A DNA stretch of 64,000 nt, from positions 224,001 to 288,000 of the forward strand of contig CAVPJU010000010.1 of assembly GCA_963705505.1 (NCBI GenBank), read 5' to 3'. The position numbers and the translations under genes are program-made. Below the pieces are notes generated by a model, which saw only the letters and a list, made by a program, of their open reading frames with translations, did not search any database and had not been told where the DNA came from. The DNA is from an uncultured bacterium. Its GTDB lineage: Bacteria; Desulfobacterota_D; UBA1144; Nemesobacterales; UBA2774. Shown in pieces: positions 58,345 to 64,000 of the stretch. Numbering within the stretch: position 1 is the stretch's first letter; each line of letters begins with the position of its first letter.

Positions 58345-59085
58345 TTACTCAGCTTTTATCAGCTCATCGGAGCCGGATAATTTCATTTCGACATCGGTAA
58401 ACCAGACCCGGAAGTTATTATCAGCGCCTACGTGATTTAAAGACATTACTATCGGACCCATATGATGGTTATTTTCCCAGGTGGCGATCACAGTCGGTTT
58501 CTCGGCACCTCCGCGTCTGAATATCCACTCCGCAATCATATTGTTATCGTCTAAAAATAAATCATATCTGTCCCCGGGGGTGTACCCGCCCGTGGGGGGA
58601 TAAATAACACTGACCATCCTGCCCATGCCGCCGCCCATCGGAAACTTTACCTTTTCATCAGCAAGCTCGACCTTCATCCCGCTGTCCCAGACCAAATGAA
58701 ACGGGAAGAGGAGCCAGTACTGGTCGTTAATAAAATGGGCGTCTATTTCCTTGAGCGATTCAGAACCCTTGTCCGCAATGTCTTTCCTGTTATAAGTTAT
58801 CGCCTTATCCGTTTTCCCGTCTCCCAGATATGTGACACGATCCTCTTTTGGCTGCCATATCCAGGATCGGCTGGCTATCTTATCTCCTTTTTTAACGTTG
58901 AAAGTGAATTTGAGCTCTTCGATTTCTCCGAAGCCGCTGACCCCGTAAGCCTGCGCGATTTTCTCGCCGATCGCGGGCTCTTGTGAAAATAGATCTCTGG
59001 TTGAAACGACCAAACACAAGAGTAGTAGAGCGCCCGCAGATAACCACAATCTATGTTCAACGTTCAGCTTCTTCATGGTTCCCAT
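58345..59085 (-). CDS. Hypothetical exported protein
   Basis: Signal-like N-terminus; FINDQYWLLFPF and GGYTPGD motifs. Confidence 0.75.
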   Translation of the reverse strand: MGTMKKLNVEHRLWLSAGALLLLCLVVSTRDLFSQEPAIGEKIAQAYGVSGFGEIEELKFTFNVKKGDKIASRSWIWQPKEDRVTYLGDGKTDKAITYNRKDIADKGSESLKEIDAHFINDQYWLLFPFHLVWDSGMKVELADEKVKFPMGGGMGRMVSVIYPPTGGYTPGDRYDLFLDDNNMIAEWIFRRGGAEKPTVIATWENNHHMGPIVMSLNHVGADNNFRVWFTDVEMKLSGSDELIKAE

Positions 59086-59192
59086 ACCTCTTTAGTACAT
59101 AAATAATTGAAGGAGGATTCAGTCCGACTCGAAATAGTATACTCGCGATGGTTGAAGGGACAAATAATACATCTCGGCACGAAGCTGGCATA

Positions 59193-59220
59193 ATGTCCGA
59201 TAAGATATATTATGTTAACT
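59193..59220. other. dif: Putative dif site (XerC/XerD chromosome dimer resolution)
   Basis: ATGTCCGATAA-GATATA-TTATGTTAACT: 11-6-11 layout; right arm differs from the E. coli XerD arm TTATGTTAAAT at one base; intergenic. Confidence 0.85.
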
Positions 59221-59459
59221 GATAAAATATGACTATTAATCCCGCTTAGAGGCTCCTAACCCGCCGTAGCCCGTCCGGGTCCGGATGCCCATGATCGGCT
59301 CTGTCCCATAGGCAAGAGGGATATTCGTCAATACCGCCATTCTGCAAAAATTCAATTGATACGAATCGGATAAACCGAATTCCGAACTTGAAAATTTGGC
59401 GGGAACTATTATATTAAAAACTAACCTGAAAATCTCATAGAGCTCATGAGGTAACCGAA

Positions 59460-59825
59460 ATGCCGATTTATGAATACGAATGTAAAAAATGCGGAAGAAT
59501 AACGGAAGCTCTCCAGGGCTTTAACGACCCGCCGCTAAAAAAATGCAAGTACTGTAAAACCGGGAAGCTGGAAAAGCTCATTTCCCTTTCGTCCTTTCAG
59601 CTGACGGGAACGGGATGGTATTCGACCGACTACGCGAAGGGTCCGGGCATACCCCCACATTCAGAAGACCTGGGTAAGCCCGCAAAAGACGGCGCAGAGG
59701 GTAAGGACAAGAAAGTAACTCCGGGCCTCCCGTCCGAAGCAGCAGCCGTATCGGGCGCATCGACGTACGATTCGATAAAAAAAGACACGGCAAAAGCCGC
59801 AAAATCAAAGTCTAAAGGCGAGTAA
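59460..59825 (+). CDS. FmdB family zinc-ribbon protein
   Basis: MPIYEYECKKCG...CKYC...GTGWYSTDY. Confidence 0.92.
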   Translation: MPIYEYECKKCGRITEALQGFNDPPLKKCKYCKTGKLEKLISLSSFQLTGTGWYSTDYAKGPGIPPHSEDLGKPAKDGAEGKDKKVTPGLPSEAAAVSGASTYDSIKKDTAKAAKSKSKGE

Positions 59826-59925
59826 ACGGGAGAAGAGTTAGTTTTACCGCCCTGCCCTATTGCATTCGGCTTAAAAATAGATAACTGCGATTTTTAGTTG
59901 CTAATAAATATAAGGTAGTCATATC

Positions 59926-60717
59926 ATGGACTTAGGAATCAAAGATAAAGTGGCCATAGTGGCCGCTTCAAGTAAAGGCCTCGGCAAAGCCGTAGCCTTC
60001 GGGCTCGCCCGGGAAGGCGTGAAGCTCACCCTGTGCGCAAGGGGCAAAGACGAGCTCGATAGAACGGCAAAAGAGATCGCCTCCGAGACCTCTTCCGAAG
60101 TGCTCGCCCTCGATTGCGACGTATCGAAGACCGCCGATATAAAGAAAGTCGTCGGCGAGACGATAAAAAAATATTCGAGAATCGATATCATGGTCAATAA
60201 CGCCGGGGGCCCTCCCACGGGAGCGTTCCTCGATTTTTCTCTCGAGGACTGGCAGAGGGCGATAGAGCTCAACCTCTTCAGCACGATCACGTTCTCAAGA
60301 GAAGTCCTCCCCCGCATGGTCGAGCAAGGTTGGGGGCGTATAGTCAACATCACGTCGGTCGCCGTAAAGCAGCCTATAGACGGGCTCATTCTCTCCAACA
60401 CCGCGAGAGCGGGCGTGATCGGGCTCGCGAAGACACTCTCGAACGAATTCGGCCAATACAACATAACCGTGAATAACGTCTGTCCCGGGAGGATACTCAC
60501 GGACAGGATAATCCACCTTGCCAACGAAAAGGCCAAGAGAGAAGGCAGGAGTTTGGATGAGGCGCTCAAGATCATGGAGCTGGATGTCCCTATGAGACGC
60601 ATAGGGAAACCGGAAGAGCTTGCGAACCTCGTCGTGTTTTTATCCTCGGAAAGAGCGAGCTACATTACGGGAACGACCATACAGGTGGACGGAGGGGTTA
60701 CGAGGGGGATATTCTAA
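59926..60717 (+). CDS. Short-chain dehydrogenase/reductase
   Basis: AASSKGLG, NNAGGPP and atypical SNTAR active-site motif. Confidence 0.9.
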   Translation: MDLGIKDKVAIVAASSKGLGKAVAFGLAREGVKLTLCARGKDELDRTAKEIASETSSEVLALDCDVSKTADIKKVVGETIKKYSRIDIMVNNAGGPPTGAFLDFSLEDWQRAIELNLFSTITFSREVLPRMVEQGWGRIVNITSVAVKQPIDGLILSNTARAGVIGLAKTLSNEFGQYNITVNNVCPGRILTDRIIHLANEKAKREGRSLDEALKIMELDVPMRRIGKPEELANLVVFLSSERASYITGTTIQVDGGVTRGIF

Positions 60718-60749
60718 CCCCGGTAACCGGCGGCCCGAGGGAATTCCGC

Positions 60750-61274
60750 ATGACAGCCAGAGACGCGCAAAGAGACAGGAGCATTTCGATCCTTTATCTG
60801 GCCCTCCTGTGCCTCACATATTTCCTCATCGTTTCCGGAAACCAATATTTATCCCTCAGCCGTGAAGCCCCTGCAGACACACGCGGCAAAATCTATGTCG
60901 AGATCGACGACGGATACTCATCCGTGGTAAAGGCTCTCGATAATCATCATGATCTGATAGAACTCGCAAATATATACAATATAGACAGGGCATTAAAGAG
61001 CGGAGATAAAGTCGTGCTCGAGGACGGGGAAAAGCTTGAGTTAGGCAGGATAAGCGGATTGAAGAGCCTGTCGCTGGGCATCCCGATAGGAATCAACTCC
61101 GCGGGCTCAGAAGACCTCGAGGCGCTCCCGGGCATAGGCCCCAAGCTTGCCGAAAGGATAGTGTCTTACAGGAACGAAATCGGCCGCTTTACAGACGTAG
61201 GAGAGCTTCTTGAGGTCAGGGGCATGGGTGAGAAGAAACTATCCCAGGTGAGGGCTTTTATAAACCTGGACTAA
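60750..61274 (+). CDS. comEA: ComEA-like helix-hairpin-helix DNA-binding membrane protein
   Basis: N-terminal TM; INSA..EDLEALPGIGPKLAERIV...LLEVRGMG. Confidence 0.8.
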   Translation: MTARDAQRDRSISILYLALLCLTYFLIVSGNQYLSLSREAPADTRGKIYVEIDDGYSSVVKALDNHHDLIELANIYNIDRALKSGDKVVLEDGEKLELGRISGLKSLSLGIPIGINSAGSEDLEALPGIGPKLAERIVSYRNEIGRFTDVGELLEVRGMGEKKLSQVRAFINLD

Positions 61275-63961
61275 TGTTTAAGCAGGTAATCTATTTCGGT
61301 TTCCGTCTCGTTCTTGGGCGTGCCGTATTCTTTGGGATAGTACATTCCCGAATTTTGTATTTCCTGTCCGTTTATCGTGACATTGTCGCGTATGGAATCG
61401 ATCACGCTGTCCCTGAGGGAATCGAGGCTGTACGGGATATACCCGTAAGGAGTCGAGACCATTTTGATGCCCGCGGGCTGATTGAAAACGCCTCCCGGAT
61501 ACTTGGCGAGGGCGTCCTCCATATAATCCATCCATATCGGGAGCGCGGCCGTAGAGCCCGCCTCTTTTCTTCCGAGCGGCTTGTGGTCGTCCCTGCCGAC
61601 CCATACTGCGGTCGTTACTTTCGGGCTGAACCCGACGAACCAGGCGTCGGTGAAGTCGTTCGATGTCCCCGTCTTCCCCGCTATCGGGGCAAGAGGCGTG
61701 AGCTTGAGCGCCTTCATTCCGGTCCCTTCTTTTACGACTGCCTGAAGCAGGTCCGTCATTATGAACGCAGTCTCGGGCTCAAGTGTCTGCTTTGAATTTC
61801 CGGCCGAAACGAAGTCGACCGACTGCTCCCTGATGAGCTCCAGGAATTCCGCGGGCGTAAGGAACGCATACTTGTCGGCGTTGGAAGATAGATCAGTTTT
61901 ATCCGTAAGCGCCTCTTCCTTTATGGATTCGGGCGCGGTTACGGGGTCCATGCCCTTCTTTTCGGCAAGCTCTTTTAGTATCCTGTTGCGGGCGTCCTCC
62001 CTCTCGGCCTTGAGGGACTCCTCCTTCGACATGAATTTCCCGCCTGTGTTGTCCTCTATTATTTTTCCGTTGCGGTCATAGATGCGCATTATGAACTGGG
62101 GTTCGACGAGCTTGCCCCCCGTTGCGAAAACATTGAACGCCCTGGCCATCTCGAGCACCGTCACATCCGAGCCGCCCAGGGCCAGGGACGGGTACGGCTG
62201 GAGCTTGGAGGTGAAACCGAAATTATTTGTTGCATACTTCTCGGCGTACCCGGGATCGATGTCCATTATAAGCCTTACGCTCGCAAGGTTTCTCGACCTC
62301 GCAAGCGCCCTCCTCAGAACCATCGGTCCCTCATAGTTTGCGTCATAGTTCTGAGGCGCCCAGTCCTTAACCACTACGGGCATGTCGTAGAGTATCGACG
62401 TCTCGGTATATCCTTTATCGATCGCGGCGGAATAGATGATCGGCTTGAAAGAAGAGCCCGGCTGCCTCAAAGCCTGCGTGGTCCTGTTGAACTGCGAAAG
62501 ACCGAAATCGTATCCTCCAACGAGCGCCCTGATCCTGCCGTTAGACTCCATCGATATGAGGGCCGCCTGCGACACCGGTATATAGACCAGCGAGAAAAAG
62601 TATTCGCCGTCCATGCTTTTATCCGCTTCGACTTTTACGACATCGCCGACCTTGAGCTCGTCCGGAGACAGACTCGTGCCTTCATAGCCGTCGGCGGGCG
62701 CGAGCTTTTTCGAATAGGGAGAGCTGAGACCCGGAACCGCCGTACCGTAAGGCGAGCTCACGGCGAACTTCAATATCCCCTCCACGCTGCCGACGCCTAT
62801 CTTGGCGGTGTACAGGGGTTTATTCGAATCTTTAGACTTATCGTCCTTCGAGACGCTCGTTATTACCGCGTCGTAGGTATCGCCGATCTCCACACTCTTT
62901 ATCCCCTGCTCCTGCCTGAACTTCTTTATCTCCTTATCGCCTGTCAGATGCCCGGAGACGAAATTATGACCGTGCCTTGAATCGAGGTTTATTATGCCCC
63001 TCTTGACCGCCCACTGCGCCTCCAGGTTCAGATCGAGGTCGAGTGTCGTAAAGACCGTGTAGCCGCCGTTCAGAAAATCCTTCAAACCGACTTTGTCCTG
63101 GAGGTACCTTCTCACGTGCTCGACGAAATAAGGCGCGAGGTCGCTATTGACCCTCCGCCTGGGGGCTATCTCTATTTTCCGGTCTATGGCGTCGAACCTC
63201 TGGTCTCTAGTTATGAATCCCGCCTCTTCCATCTTCTCGAGTACAAGCTTCTGTCTTTCGAGCGCCCTTTCGAGGTGCTTCCGGGGAGAATAGTACTCGG
63301 GCTTCTTCGGCAGCCCTGCTAAAAGCGCCGCTTCCGCCAGGTCGAGATCCCTTGCGGATTTGCCGAAATAGTCCTGGCTCGCGGCCTCGATCCCGTACGT
63401 GCCGTCCGCAAGATAGATATGGTTAAGGTAAAGATAGAGTATTTCTTCCTTGGAGAGGTTGTTCTCGATCCTGTGTGCGAGGATTGCTTCCTTTATCTTC
63501 CTCGATAACGTTCTTTCCGGCGTCAGGATTATATTCTTGATCACCTGCTGCGTGATGGTGCTCGCCCCCCTCACCCAGTCGCCCTCCTGTAAGTTTTCGA
63601 ACATCGCGCCGATTATGCTCTTTATGTCCACCCCCTCGTGCTCGAAAAACCGCTTGTCCTCGATGGCGATGAATGCGTTCCTCACGCGGGGAGGGATTTC
63701 ATCGTAAGGTATGAGCTTCCGCCTCTCGGCCGCGAACTCGGCTATGAGCGTCCCGTCCGAGGAATACACCTCGGTAATGAGCTTGGGCTTATATCCGGTG
63801 ATCGCCCTGAAATTAGGGAGGTCGCGCGAGTAATAGAGGTATGCGCCGTATAGAGCGATTGCCCCCGACGCGGTCAGGAGTAAAAAGGTTACCAGGAGGA
63901 AGGCCAGGAGTTTGCTTTTTTTAGGTTTTGATTTAAATTTAACCTTCTTTTTTTTGGTCAT
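61271..63961 (-). CDS. mrcA: Penicillin-binding protein 1A (bifunctional transglycosylase/transpeptidase)
   Basis: EDKRFFEHEG, GASTITQQ, RKIKE, SSFK (SxxK), SRN and KTG. Confidence 0.95.
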   Translation of the reverse strand: MTKKKKVKFKSKPKKSKLLAFLLVTFLLLTASGAIALYGAYLYYSRDLPNFRAITGYKPKLITEVYSSDGTLIAEFAAERRKLIPYDEIPPRVRNAFIAIEDKRFFEHEGVDIKSIIGAMFENLQEGDWVRGASTITQQVIKNIILTPERTLSRKIKEAILAHRIENNLSKEEILYLYLNHIYLADGTYGIEAASQDYFGKSARDLDLAEAALLAGLPKKPEYYSPRKHLERALERQKLVLEKMEEAGFITRDQRFDAIDRKIEIAPRRRVNSDLAPYFVEHVRRYLQDKVGLKDFLNGGYTVFTTLDLDLNLEAQWAVKRGIINLDSRHGHNFVSGHLTGDKEIKKFRQEQGIKSVEIGDTYDAVITSVSKDDKSKDSNKPLYTAKIGVGSVEGILKFAVSSPYGTAVPGLSSPYSKKLAPADGYEGTSLSPDELKVGDVVKVEADKSMDGEYFFSLVYIPVSQAALISMESNGRIRALVGGYDFGLSQFNRTTQALRQPGSSFKPIIYSAAIDKGYTETSILYDMPVVVKDWAPQNYDANYEGPMVLRRALARSRNLASVRLIMDIDPGYAEKYATNNFGFTSKLQPYPSLALGGSDVTVLEMARAFNVFATGGKLVEPQFIMRIYDRNGKIIEDNTGGKFMSKEESLKAEREDARNRILKELAEKKGMDPVTAPESIKEEALTDKTDLSSNADKYAFLTPAEFLELIREQSVDFVSAGNSKQTLEPETAFIMTDLLQAVVKEGTGMKALKLTPLAPIAGKTGTSNDFTDAWFVGFSPKVTTAVWVGRDDHKPLGRKEAGSTAALPIWMDYMEDALAKYPGGVFNQPAGIKMVSTPYGYIPYSLDSLRDSVIDSIRDNVTINGQEIQNSGMYYPKEYGTPKNETETEIDYLLKH

Positions 63962-64000
63962 TAAGCTGTTCAGGGTCCTTTGAGCGCGTATTAATGATTG

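Noticed and set aside
57649..63695. KOPS (GGGNAGGG) polarity switch around dif
   Set aside because: Supporting cases exist (57649 forward, 59850 reverse) but so do counter-examples (37275 reverse, 63688 forward); too few to call by eye.

Overview
Bacterial chromosomal segment of moderate GC, made almost entirely of housekeeping genes. It holds the end of a sigma-70-family factor, a heat-shock region with two dnaK paralogs plus grpE and dnaJ, rpmE, an EF-G paralog, thrC with a MoaD/ThiS carrier, metH, hemB, glnS, cdsA, an Mla/Mce ABC transporter, dinB, lipB, the pyruvate dehydrogenase cluster with two lpdA genes, ileS, lutABC, several SDRs, comEA and PBP1A. A good XerCD dif site at 59193-59220 suggests the replication terminus. 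No rRNA, tRNA, CRISPR-Cas, transposase or prophage was seen. The most unusual signal is non-coding. Four intergenic clusters (about 37.67-38.01, 39.53-40.24, 51.74-51.95 and 52.43-52.65 kb) are mosaics of co-oriented palindromic mini-elements. Several of these hairpins are interrupted by members of one diverged family of ~90-nt cassettes, which keep a minus-strand Q-x-R-N-R-T-P-[FL] motif with synonymous codon changes, and an empty-site copy lies beside one filled copy. Caveat: five +1 frameshifts in otherwise intact genes (metH, an FAD oxidoreductase, lipB twice, aceF) point to indel-prone assembly, so the cassettes and the chimeric junction near 35.43 kb need raw-read validation. All family assignments come from motif recognition, not database searches.
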